From contig AP026155.1 in assembly GCA_030295235.1 (NCBI GenBank), positions 682,001 to 707,671 of the forward strand: a stretch of 25,671 nucleotides of DNA, read 5' to 3'. Source of the stretch: Fistulifera solaris (Eukaryota). The notes under the pieces are model-generated. The model searched no databases, was not told the DNA's origin, and was given only the letters and a program-made list of their open reading frames with translations. This document shows, in pieces, positions 1 to 10,822 of this stretch (within the stretch, counting starts at the first letter, position 1; each line of letters opens with the position of its first letter). Made by a program: the position numbers and the translations under genes.

Positions 1-81
1 GGACAGAGAGGCATCTTTGCAAAGGGATCAAAGGGTATCACTTTGATAAGAACTACAAAAGAGGAAAAAGAAGAGTCGTAA
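1..81 (+). CDS. Possible 3' end of an upstream gene (partial): GQRGIFAKGSKGITLIRTTKEEKEES*
   Basis: Frame 1 is open from base 1 to TAA at 79-81 and is followed by a T-rich UTR-like stretch. No recognisable motif. Confidence 0.3.
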   Translation, partial: GQRGIFAKGSKGITLIRTTKEEKEES

Positions 82-464
82 TTCGTTCGTTTGACATTCT
101 TTTTCTCCGCACTACTGTTATTCCGTCTTGACACCCAGGTTTGGATCCAAGATCCAAATTCGGTCGGCACATGAAATTCATACATCTTGCCTCATGGTTC
201 AACATTTACTATATAAAATTAATGCACTACTTCTCCTTCAACCGGTATTCAACATCGAGAAGGCTGAAAATGCCGACCAAAAAGCCGAAACGCGCGACGA
301 CGACAACACGCTGTCAACGAAAATCATGCACTATACGATTATGCTTTCATAATCATTCCAGCTAACCATGCAATCGCTAATCGAAATGTAAGCGTTTATT
401 CCATCGTCACGGAAGCGCACGAGTTAAGTGAAAGCGCGACGACATTTCTCTCGCCTTGAGAAGA

Positions 465-2187
465 TCAGCATCCACCACAACCACCACCTCCGCAGCCACA
501 CCCTCCGCAAGCACAGCCCCCATCGCCTGCACCAATCACAAAACCCCAGCCTCCGTCGCGTCTTCTACCCCGAACGTTAGGAAGTGCACGATTGCTGTCT
601 ACTTGAGCAGGCTTACAAGTTTCCTTGATATACCTGCAATATAGAAAAATACCGAAATATGTGAGGCAACTTAGCTATCAAATGACACGCGCCACTAAAC
701 AAATTCACATTGAGCTTACCCTGAGCAGCCTGCTGCATCACAGACATCACCGAGTGTATAACCCCCGGTCGATTTGCTGTCATTCAGAACACAATTCAGT
801 GGGAAAGGCTCTACTATTCTTGTAGTTGCTGGAACGCCAACGCAAAGTCTTTTGTAAGGCCCGGTGGCATTGTACTGTACCCAAGCAAAGTTTTGACAGG
901 CACGCAACATGTCCAAGACTTCTACAAGTTGATCGTGGACAATTGCTTCAACCGCCGTCGGCTTTCGAAAACACAACCGACAGGTGTCCATATCGTGTTC
1001 GTGCAATTTTCGTGTGGCAATTCGTACATTCACTTTCAACTTCTGCAACAGAATTAGGTAAGCTTCTCGAGTACAGAGCGAGAAGTACCCCTCACCGAGC
1101 GACGTTTTCCCAAACACATATCCATCTTTTTCAAGTGCACACCACATCGAGTTACAGCAATAAATGCTTTCGCCATTTCACCAGGGATCAGCCCGAATTG
1201 TGCGTTGACCCAAGGTAAGTCCCTAAAAACCTCTAAAGGACGCGGCGTCTGGGTATCAACGGCAGATGTTTCGGTTAGTAAATCCTCGTTTGGATCACAA
1301 CAAGTGAACTTTAAGCAATAGTATTCCCCTGGTGGTTCTCCGCGATACAAAGCGACATCACTCGAGTTGATGTACGGCTCCTTATATAGTTCTTGCCATG
1401 CTTCTTTTGTTTGTTGAAAAGCCATTTCTAAGTCGCTTCCAGAAGATCGGTCATTTAGGGAATCGTCATGATTCATAAAGGATCCTCGAATACGAATGCA
1501 ATCAGCTTCATATCTCGCAATCGAATACAAAATGTGAGTGTGCCACATTAGATCGATGTCGTAGGTCGGGACGATCATGGAGTCGTTGCCGCGTCCGCGA
1601 TGAAACGATTTTGATAATAGGAGAAACTTTTGATAGCGCTCAACAGCGTTCTGTAGGAAAGTATCATGCTTGAATTTTCTATCCGAGACTTGCCATAAGA
1701 ACTTATTTTGTTCAGTGACGGATGCTATGAGATGAAAACCGTCCATGTCGCAAAATGATTCGGTAATCGGCATATCAATTGATGGATCTTTTAAGTTCAG
1801 AAAGAATGGCTCACCAGGGAAGCGAAGATTCCATTCCACACGTGTTTCTACCGCTTCTTTTGTTGTGTCTTCCTCGACTTGAAAAAGAAACGGTGAGCAA
1901 ATCTCTTCAATTGAATTATCTTGATACTTTTGCAAGAGATACTTCCGATAAGGACCTGGCGCTAAACGATGACAATGAAATATCCAAGCCACATCAGGAG
2001 GAGGGACAAGCATGCAGGATGCATGGTTGCGGTGTATATCAGCGAGCAGCGGTAACCAGCAATCAAGGTAGCGATCGGCCGACTTTTGTCTGTACGGCGT
2101 CGTCAAAACACCGATGCGATGAAGTTTCTCGAGAAACTCAACATGCTTTTTTGATTCAATTAGCAAGTTGCAGGAAAAGGAGTCCAT
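465..2187 (-). CDS. Glycine-rich-domain-containing protein (GRDP/DUF1399-like) with C-terminal GGC/CG repeat tail; 2 exons (2187-720, 633-465), one apparent frameshift at about 1130-1175
   Basis: Family motifs RYxxxWLPLL, PPPDVAWIFHCHRLAP, AVERYQKFL, VPTYDIDLMWHTH and HDDSLNDRS are in ORF 1054..2187, which continues into ORF 716..1147. The intron 719-634 (GTAAG...TTGCAG, phase 2) joins in frame to GYIKETCK...GDGGCACGGCGCGGGGCGGC* (TGA at 467-465). Confidence 0.85.
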
Positions 2188-2280
2188 AATGCATGAAATA
2201 TAGGGTTTGTAGTGCGCGGGCGTTGTGAGAATATGTGGTAGGAAGATTAGACACTGAATGAAAGTTTTGCATCGAATGAA

Positions 2281-2488
2281 CGGAAAGAAAATGGCTCATT
2301 TTTTCTTTCGTGCATAAACGAACAATGTGAGGCTGGAGGATTGAATCGTGGAATTTTTTTTAGAAACCAGCCTATTTCCGGTTTCCGGTTGACTTTTTAC
2401 AAACCAGCATTTAGGCTGTTCAGGGCCCTTGCTCCTACTGTTTGCGATGATAGCAAAGGGCCTAATGGCTGGTTTATGAAAAGTCACC
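2281..2488. other. Cluster of imperfect inverted repeats (candidate structured RNA or DNA element) in a divergent intergenic region
   Basis: GACTTTTTACAAACCAGCATTTAGG (2391-2415) pairs with CCTAATGGCTGGTTTATGAAAAGTC (2461-2485). Inner stem: CCCTTGCT/AGCAAAGGG. Further stems: AGGCTGG (2330-2336)/CCAGCCT (2367-2373) and GAAAGAAAATG/CATTTTTTCTTTC (2283-2309). Confidence 0.6.
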
Positions 2489-3080
2489 CTCTTGAATAAT
2501 CGTGGGTCTTGTGCATTTTCATGCAGCTTCCGAGTTTGACAATTCTGAATTCCGATCGAAGAAAGACGAGACGGAGCCTGCAGAACAATTTTCAGTTTAA
2601 AATCTAAGCGATCAGCCTGTGGCTAATATTTATATCGTCGGGCTACTTTGCACTTGCCCAGGGCATAATGGTTCGACGACGCAATCAATCGATCAAGTTT
2701 TACGGTCGAGGTACCGGTAGCGTTCTTCAAGACTGCAGTGTAGTCATGAATCATGAATTAGTAATTTCCCTGCTCACTTTCTTTCTTCCGTTTGCTTTGC
2801 ACATTATTGTTGGGGGCGGAATCGTATTAAGCATGCTGGACGCTGGTTTATTGGCGTCTACAATGCACACATCCTGATTTGCCCTGATGCACTTCGATTA
2901 CAAAAATCATTGTCCCTCGTCGAGCACGTAGTTCGCGACTTACTCCCGCACGAATGACTGTACGTCTGTCTGCATTGCAGTTGAGAATCATAGTCGCAAA
3001 TGATCTCTCTCCTCGCACCTTTTTATTGTGCGAAGAAAACTTGCGTTTTGTTTTGACACATTCTCTCGTTACAAGTACCC

Positions 3081-4058
3081 ATGTTACCTTCTCATTTACA
3101 ACTATCATCTTCAAAACAACCACACCAAAATCAACATCACCCTCATGAATTTATTCCGAAGCATCCGCTGGGACTGACGGGCGTTATCTGTCAATCATTC
3201 ACTTTACAATTGTCTCGGACTCCGCGGCAGCTGCAATACACACTCTATCGACCGCGACACTTGCTATTAGGGCCGCCTCCGCTGATCGGTATTGCTGGAG
3301 GTCCTGGATTACCCTGTCAGTACTTGTCGTCTCTGGTGCATACGATTGAGGATAGAGCCATTGTATTGTACGATCATGTTGGTTGCGGGCAATCCTTATA
3401 CAAGGGCACGAATGCGTATGATCGCTACGAAATGATGCTGGATCTGAAAGAATTGATCGATCACTTAAACTGTGAGGAATATCATTTATTAGGGCATTCC
3501 TTTGGTGGTTTCTTGGCGTACGAGTATCTTTTACAGCAATCCACAATCTCGCCGCACAAGAAATGCCATTCGGTCGTACTCGTGAGCACACCTTACGATA
3601 TGGCTGCTTTGCGAGAACATGTACAGCAGCTCAAAGACAAATTAGATGATGATCAGCCGCAAACATTCTTTCAGCAGCACGAGTGTCGTGTGGTACCGTT
3701 GCCTTTGCCGTTGCAACAGTCGCTGGATTCAGCAGGTTTCTCGACTTCCATTACCGCCAAAGTACTGGCCAAAGCACATGGTGTGAGTGACGGAGACGGA
3801 GACAATGCTGATTTGCCAGTTCCTCCACGTCTTCCAGTATCAACGCCAGCACTTTTGTTGCAAGGGCAACATGATTTTGTAAACAATGTTGCTGATTGGC
3901 AGGATGTCTTCCCGGATGCGGAAATGGTGGTTCTCGCCGGCTGCGCGCATTATGCCTTTTTAGAGAACGAAGGAATGTTTGCGGCCGTGGTATCATCGTT
4001 TTTGAAACGTCACGAGCCACCACCAAAGCCTCTGGTATTGCCGAAACCCTTGGATTGA
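3081..4058 (+). CDS. Alpha/beta hydrolase, proline iminopeptidase-like (peptidase S33)
   Basis: Oxyanion motif GGPG, YDHVGCGQS, nucleophile elbow GHSFGG, catalytic Asp (GQHD) and His (CAHY). Uninterrupted 325-aa ORF; start codon uncertain. Confidence 0.85.
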   Translation: MLPSHLQLSSSKQPHQNQHHPHEFIPKHPLGLTGVICQSFTLQLSRTPRQLQYTLYRPRHLLLGPPPLIGIAGGPGLPCQYLSSLVHTIEDRAIVLYDHVGCGQSLYKGTNAYDRYEMMLDLKELIDHLNCEEYHLLGHSFGGFLAYEYLLQQSTISPHKKCHSVVLVSTPYDMAALREHVQQLKDKLDDDQPQTFFQQHECRVVPLPLPLQQSLDSAGFSTSITAKVLAKAHGVSDGDGDNADLPVPPRLPVSTPALLLQGQHDFVNNVADWQDVFPDAEMVVLAGCAHYAFLENEGMFAAVVSSFLKRHEPPPKPLVLPKPLD

Positions 4059-4834
4059 ATTGAGAAAACGGACAAAAAGCGTCGAGACCCATCCCTACGC
4101 GGAGACCTTCCTCAGATAATCAAAGGATGTCTTGCAAGGGCGTTAAGCCACTTTGAAAATAATAGGTTAAAAAGGCTGTGCATTTCCACATTGTTTTTCA
4201 TCTCTCTTGGACAGTTTAAACCGGGCATCATAAAGAGAGCGATGCAACGAGTAACAATAGAAGAGAGTCAAAAGAGTCCGAAGTCTGGGATTGCAGGGGC
4301 GATCGTTCATCGTTCATTGATAAAACAAGACTGTGAAATCCGAACTACACCAGCAGAATGACCGCCTTTCTTGTTCTTAGACCTAAGACCTTAAATCGTT
4401 ACCTAGTCTCTAGTTTTTAATGAGTGACGACTAAAAAGTCTAGAATATCGGACGAAGTCGAAGCGAAAACTGAAAAAAAATCGTGCTTGTTCGTATTTAG
4501 AATTCAGATTCAGAGAAAGTAAAGACTATTATACAAGTAGCCTCTAGCATCTCTGTTCTGCAGCATCACAAATAGTATAACTGATTACCAGTACATAGTA
4601 AATCATTACGGGGTAGTACAAGTACCGGTACCGAGGATCGAGGATTTAGGATTGTACATCGTGGACCGTGGACTCCCGGATCCTGAGCCCAATCCCGGAT
4701 GCAACGAACATCAAACCGAAAGGTATAATCGCCCTGAAACGCATGACGTTTTTCGATATATGCCAACAAATTACCAGATACTAGTCATTTGGAACCACTA
4801 TATACTACGGAGTATATCACAATATCAATAAACA

Positions 4835-5128
4835 CAGATGGGCAGATGGGCAGATGGGCAAACTTTAAGAAGACTTTGGTTCCAATGAAATGTCATATAA
4901 CATATAGAACAAACAAGCAATCCTTTTCGAAGACCCAGGATTATAGACTTCCCACAAATTAGTTTACACTAGATTTTGCAATAGGCATTTCGGCTTTCTG
5001 CATCTGAGAGCTGAGAGCTGAGGGAGAGGCCAGAGGCCAGAGGGCCCAATTCTCTAAACCCGAAGGGATCACGAGATCACGAATACTTGTCATCATGTGT
5101 AGTAGGTAGTAGGTCACAACGTCACAAC
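4835..5128. repeat. Cluster of short (7-8 bp) tandem micro-duplications
   Basis: CAGATGGG x3 (4835-4858), CTGAGAG x2.7 (5004-5022), AGAGGCC x2.7 (from 5025), GATCACGA x2 (5067-5082), GTCACAAC x2 (5113-5128). Confidence 0.8.
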
Positions 5129-5394
5129 ATTCCAGACAGAAAATACATAGTACTTTATACAGGATCTATCGAACAAAATTGAAACTTTATCGGAGAAAGT
5201 TCTAAAGATGGAATAGCCCCTCTGAAAAAGTTCGGATGTTTGGCCACTGGCCCATGGCCAACTCTCACGTTCTCACCCATGTTTGTGTCCGCTCTCGTTC
5301 TCTGCCATGATTAACGCAGCACAATAATGTATCATTATTTTCGTCGGCAATTGCACACGCCATCTTTATCCCATTTATTCTGATTACTGACACC

Positions 5395-6613
5395 ATGTTT
5401 TCATCTTCCAAAGCAAAGAAGGAAAAGTCCAAGACTTTTCTTTCTTTCCTGCGCCGAAAGAAGAAGAGCGCTCGTGAAGAGACAATACCGAACAAGGACA
5501 AGAAGGAAGGGGTCAAAGCCAAGAAATGTCCTTCGAGTATTATGGAGACCAACGAGCGCAAGATGTCGAAAATGCCAAGTACCAAGACCAAATTTACGGC
5601 AACTGGTTCTATGTGCGATGAATCGGATTCGCATTCTATCTACTCGATAGATGTGATGGCAGAAGCATCGGTAAGTTTTGTTGGGTTTACTATTAGTCAT
5701 AATATTTGCAAGCACCTGACCTTTGACTTTAGTGGATGCCAGCCCCCGAGTCGAACGAAACAACGCCTCAGCGTTACTTGGACGAATTGTTGAAAGAACG
5801 AGGATACGAAAAGAACGCTACGATTGCTTGAAGACTGGCTATTACAATGCCCCAACCAAATTGCAAATTGCCAGCTATCATGCGCACCTCGTATCTTTGG
5901 TGAAGCAGAATAGCATCGAAACCATTGCTGATATTTTGGCTTGCGGTTTGTCTCCGAATCCTTGTAACGAGTTTGGGTCGAGTTTGTTGCAAATCGCCTG
6001 TCGACGAGGCAACGTCGAACTGCTCGAAATCATGCTCCGCCACGGCTGCTCGCTCCAAGTGGCGGATGAATTTGGGCGTACGCCTCTACACAATGCACTG
6101 TATGCTAAGCAGCCCGCTTTTGCATTGGTGAAACGCATTTTACAAGTAGATCCTCACTTGATCAATATGGCGGATTCGCGAGGACATTTGGCGTTTGATT
6201 ACGTGAGAAAAGAGCACTGCGACGAGTGGATAGCATTCCTCGACAAAGTTGTCGATGAAATCTGGCCGACACAAAGCGAACAGCCTCCTCCGCATCCACT
6301 CACTTTGCGCCAGGCGAATACCGAACCTTTAGCGGATCCGTCAAATGCGCTGTCTCTGGATTTAGCCGAGGCGGTCGCATCCGGCAAACTACGTCCGTGT
6401 GAGGCTCTCATGTTACAAAACGAAAATTTCAGCGACATTGATGATTCTTCGTCGGACTACGATTCTTCGTACAGTAGCAGCTTGGGTTCCATTTCGGAAG
6501 GTTCAGAAGAATCCTTCGAAGACGAAGAGCTCGTTAAAGAATTGGCTCTCATACACAGACGTAGCGCCGCAACAACAACAATCAAGAATGCATGCCCGAC
6601 GATACAATGCTAG
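5395..6613 (+). CDS. Ankyrin-repeat protein, paralog 1 (Lys-rich N-terminus, acidic/Ser-rich C-terminus); exons 5395-5670 and 5733-6613, 1-nt frameshift at A-run 5809-5812
   Basis: Intron 5671-5732 (GTAAGT...CTGAC...TTTAG, phase 0) gives WMPAPESNETTPQRYLDELLKERGYE. Adding one A links this to KERYDCLKTGYYNAPT. Ankyrin motifs: GSSLLQIACRRGNVELLEIML, DEFGRTPLHNA, DSRGHLAFDY. Confidence 0.85.
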
Positions 6614-6870
6614 ATTCAGATTTCTGTATATCTTATTAATGCATGTTTGTTTTTGAGCCCAAAAATCCTTAGTTTATTTTTGCTTAGATCATCGTCAAGA
6701 AAGTTCCGAGTACGATAGACGATAGCGATGCAAAGGCGATAAGGTTAGGGCGATAAGGCATAACGAAGCTAATAACCCTATCCTTACTAGTTGTTCATTT
6801 TGCCGTGCGTTCAACTCCAAAGCGACGTCTTTCCGTCACCCCTAACCTTCGGAATATCGGTGGTTGCGCA

Positions 6871-6880
6871 TGGCGCGAAA
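6871..6880 (-). promoter_or_regulatory. E2F-like site (TTTCGCGCCA) about 90 bp upstream of the helicase start
   Basis: TGGCGCGAAA on the + strand matches the established E2F consensus TTTSSCGC. A related GTGGCGCGCA follows immediately. Function is inferred only. Confidence 0.3.
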
Positions 6881-6970
6881 GTGGCGCGCATGTGGATGCC
6901 GTTTTGTCGTTTGTCGACATCGCTCTCGTCTCTATTGTGTGTTGTTTCGGTGGTGTTTTACAACAAAGGA

Positions 6971-9900
6971 ATGGCCTTGGAAGGAGAGGCGAATAACATC
7001 AACATCACCGATAATCATAAATTAATACCGCAAGAAAATAGACGCGGAAGAAGCGGCCGTGGAGGTCGTGGACGTGGTCGTTTCGGTGGTAGAGGTGGAA
7101 GAGGACGTGCGGAGAACAAAGCTATTGCGGATGAAGACAATCAGCAAGGTCGTCCTTCCGGTTCGTCTTTTAATGGTGACTCGGTGAAGAATGAAACGAA
7201 TAATCATGATACGGAACAGGTGAAAAGAATGGAAGCGAGAACACCCGCGGGCGGGCAGGAGGCCGCGGAAGAGGCAGAATAAGTCAGACAAATCACGAAA
7301 ACGAAAACACGTCTGCTTCCAAATCATAATATTGAAGATGGCCCTCAGGAAGTCTATCAGGAACGAGGGAGGGGTGTACGAGGTAGAGGACGAGGTCGTG
7401 ATGGGCGATACGGTGGAAGAGGGAAAGGACGCGGGCGATATGAAGGGAGAGGGCGTTCTTCAAGGGAGGGCAAAGGATCGAATGATACGGATGGCGATCA
7501 AAGGGCCGATAGCAACATTGGCAATAACGCAATAAATGAGAGGTCTGAAGGACATCCGCCGACGGTGATCATAGAAGCAACCTCTGAGCAGCAGATGAGC
7601 TTAGAAACGAAAGAAGTAACTCCAATGGAGTCAGCCGAATCGGGTGTTCCTGTCGCATCGAAACCACAGATTGACACAAAAAGCCCAGCTGTCTTACATC
7701 TAGGCAATAAGATGACCCGAAAGAAAGGCTTTCCAGTTGTATTATCTCGTTCGAATGCTGAGGCATCGGATCTATTGCAAGATTTGTCGGAGAAATTGGC
7801 TCAAGTAGCTGTGGAACCATTAACGACGAAGATCAAAAAAGCCAAGAAAAAGAAGGAAGTGGTAAAGGAAGAAGAAACCGATGTTGAGAAGGATCAGACA
7901 TCTCCAGTAGATGCCACCGTTGCACTCCAGAGGCTCCCGGCCCAAGAGGTTAGTATCACTGCTGCTACACAAGTCAAAATGGCTCAACAACAGGAAGCTG
8001 CCGCTGCACCAGTCGAAACAAAAAGCACAAGTGACAAAAAGAAAAAGAGCAAAAAACAAAATCCAAAGATGCAGGACGCGAAGCAGGCAGCCCGAGTGTT
8101 CAACAATGCTGTGCGACTTGCCGTGGAACGAGGAGATGTACAGGGCACCCGTGATTTGCTATACGAAAAGCGGAATCATCAGTTTGCGCTGGATTGCAAC
8201 GTTCTAGAGACTGCGATGAAAGCGTTTATTATGGCAGCTCTCCTTGAAGACGCTTTATATTGCTTACGGAACTGCACCTTGCCCGACACGTTGAGTGTGA
8301 TTCAAGCTGAGCGCATTTTGCAGTGTCTACCACAGAACTTGCGACATTCCAGTGTCTTTTGCGCTGGTGATGTAATCCGCAGCTTGTGTGTAGTAACACA
8401 ACTCGGCGACAAGCGACCATATTTCCTGCGAATCGTACGTGCTATTGCACTGGAATTTTTGGAAGAAGCCACCACTGCACGTGATCGCATTTGTTCTAGT
8501 CCTTGTGAACGTTTAGTGAGACAAGGTCTTTGTATTGTTAATGTCAAGTTAGAACGAGGCAAAAAGCCGGCCGATCTTGTCGTCAAACCCGGTGATCAGC
8601 TTGGTGTATTCATTGCGGACGAAAATCGCGGCTTACAAGCGGGTGACGCTGTCAGTATTTTACCTTACGCAGGCCCTTACCCCTTGAGTGCGGAAAGTTT
8701 GGACCGCAATCTCATCGAAGCTGTTGTTACATCTACGAACCCCATGATTTTGCGCTTACAAGATCGCACCAACGCAGAACTATATTCCAGCTTGACGGAA
8801 CCTGAGAATTTGTATAGGATTGACAAATTGGCTAATCGCATGGGATTTAATCGACAGTTGGCTGCTGTAACTAGTTTGTGTGGAAACGATCAAAGGGTGT
8901 CGCCTGAATTGGTACAGGCTGTCACCGCGATGGACGAAAACTTTATGACGCCCCGCGAAGCCACTCATTTGGGGCGTCTCACATCGACAGCGGCGTTATG
9001 TGCTACCGCTGTTGGCGACGACGACCAAGACAGTTTGAAAGCTGTGTCTAGACTTGCTTTAGAAAAGTTTAACTCTCTTGAAGGATTGAATGCGAGTCAG
9101 CAGCTAGCTGTTGAAGGTGCTGTGACGAATAGATTGACGCTGGTGCAGGGGCCTCCAGGTACGTGGGCTTATTGAGACGTTATTGAAATGTTCTATTGTA
9201 CCATGGATTTAACGTATAAATGGTACAGGTACCGGGAAGACGGCTGTTGCGATTCGTATCTTGCAACATTGGGCCAAGATGGACAGTGATGTTCCAATAT
9301 TGGCAACGTCAGACTCCAACATTGCTGTGGACAACCTTGTCGAAGGATGTGCGAATGTTGGATTAAGAGTTATCCGCATCGGTAGACCTGAGGCAATCAG
9401 ACCCGAGCTATTGAGATACTGCATCGACAGAGAAAAACAGACCAACTCGGTCACCTTTTACAAAGAACGATCGAAACAACTCCGACAAGCTCAAGTCATT
9501 TGTTGCACATGCATCGGGAGTGGGAGTGAATGGTTAGATGCCATTGGCGTTTGTCCTCGAGTTCTGGTCGATGAAGCAACACAGGCTACTGAGCCAGCTG
9601 TGCTGGTTCCGCTTATGCGAGGTTGCAAGCAGCTCGTTTTAGTCGGAGATCATTGCCAGTTGCCACCAACTGTACTTTCAACGCAAGCAGCTGAAGAAGG
9701 TCACGGTGTGCCACTTTTCTCTCGTATGGTGGCTTGTGGGGTTCCTCCCTATATGTTGGATACGCAATATCGAATGCATCCGGCGATATCACAATTTCCG
9801 AGTGACTTGTTCTATGGAGGGCTTTTGCAAAATGGTGTTAGCGCACCGGAACGGCGTCCTCTTGCTGGATTTCCATGGCCTGTCCCTGAATTCCCTGTTG

Positions 9901-10726
9901 CGTTCATGCCGATTTACGGACAGGAACTTGATGACGGTGTTAGCAAATACAATGTAGAAGAAGCGCAAGCAGCTGTTCAGGCTGTGCAGATGCTCCTTCA
10001 AGGTGGGCAATGTACTCCCGCTGACATTGCGGTTGTGACACCGTATGCAGCGCAAGCGAAATTTATCCGACGTCTGATTCGTCAATCAATTGCCGAATTC
10101 CTTGAAGTATCTTCGGTGGATGGCTTCCAAGGCCGTGAAAAGCAAGCTGTTGTCTTTTCGGCCGTACGCAGCAATGACTACGGAGCGGTCGGCTTTACTT
10201 CGGACTGGCGACGTGTCAATGTTTCTTTACGCGAGCTCGACGTGCGTTGATTGTTCTTGGCAACGACACTTGTCTTCGACGAGGAGATCCTGAAACATGG
10301 GCTTTGTGGCTGGCTTGGGCCGACGCAGCAGGCATCAACATGGACCGTCCAGGCCAACCTCGAGGTCGATATGATGCGGAGCAGCTACGCCGCGTTCGAG
10401 GTGGTACAACTGCTGCCGAACTATTGAAGGACGTCTTGAATCGACAACGAGAGCAAATACAGTCGCAGTTGTTTCATCAAGAACGGGCGGTTCGCAATGC
10501 GCAGGGACAAATTATGGCGACGGAGGAAGAAAAGCCTTCCGAAGAGGCACAATTGACAATGGAAGAAGAGGTCGCTTTAATGGAAAACACGGACGGCAAT
10601 TGGGATGACTCTGATGATGAAGCGCCGCCAATGCCTCGAAACTTTTCCAAAAGTACGCTGAGCAACAGTTCGATTTCCCGAAGCAACACCCGCAGTAGCA
10701 CTCCGACAGATGCTTGGGATCTGTAA
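6971..10726 (+). CDS. Superfamily 1 (UPF1/NAM7/DNA2-like; AAA_11/AAA_12) helicase with N-terminal RGG/RG-rich region; intron 9159-9228; apparent frameshifts near 7223, near 7321 and at 10226-10228
   Basis: Motifs: LNASQ, GPPG|TGKT (Walker A split by the GT..AG intron), SDSNIAVDNL, VDEATQATEP, LVGDHCQLPP, LDTQYRMHP, VVTPYAAQ, SSVDGFQGREK, and RRVNVSFTRAR after restoring one T. ORFs 6791..7282 and 7565..9175 share a frame and are bridged by RGRAGGRGRGR in the shifted frame. The ATG at 6971 is preferred; an upstream ATG at 6890 is possible. Confidence 0.85.
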
Positions 10727-10777
10727 TGGTAGCGTGGTTTCTAGTTTCTAGACAGTAATAAAACCACGCTAACATTA
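10724..10777. other. 17-bp-arm hairpin (1 mismatch) beginning at the helicase stop codon, between convergent genes
   Basis: TAATGGTAGCGTGGTTT (10724-10740) pairs with AAACCACGCTAACATTA (10761-10777) around a 20-nt loop. AATAAA lies at 10757-10762. Confidence 0.7.
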
Positions 10778-10822
10778 TTAAACAAAAGGTTACAGACAGA
10801 ACAAAACTAAAAACAATGTCTG

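Noticed and set aside
456..644. Thr/Ala/Ser-rich + strand ORF
   Set aside because: It is the antisense shadow of the Gly/Cys tail exon on the minus strand.
5723..5808. N-terminus of ORF 5723..6613 (MTLVDASPRVERNN...)
   Set aside because: Wrong frame. The spliced frame encodes PQRYLDELLKERGY, which matches the paralog.
6773..6847. Telomerase RNA template candidate (TAACCCTA / CCCTAACC)
   Set aside because: The matches are only 8 nt with no supporting structure, and they sit in a short promoter of a protein-coding gene.
7280..7282. Stop-codon readthrough at the TAA between same-frame helicase ORFs
   Set aside because: The alternative frame across about 7225-7320 encodes RGRAGGRGRGR, matching the flanking RGG blocks. 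Two compensating indels explain it better.
10724..10777. SECIS element or bacterial-type intrinsic terminator
   Set aside because: There is no in-frame UGA in the corrected genes, no AUGA/GA quartet and no U-tract, and the context is eukaryotic.
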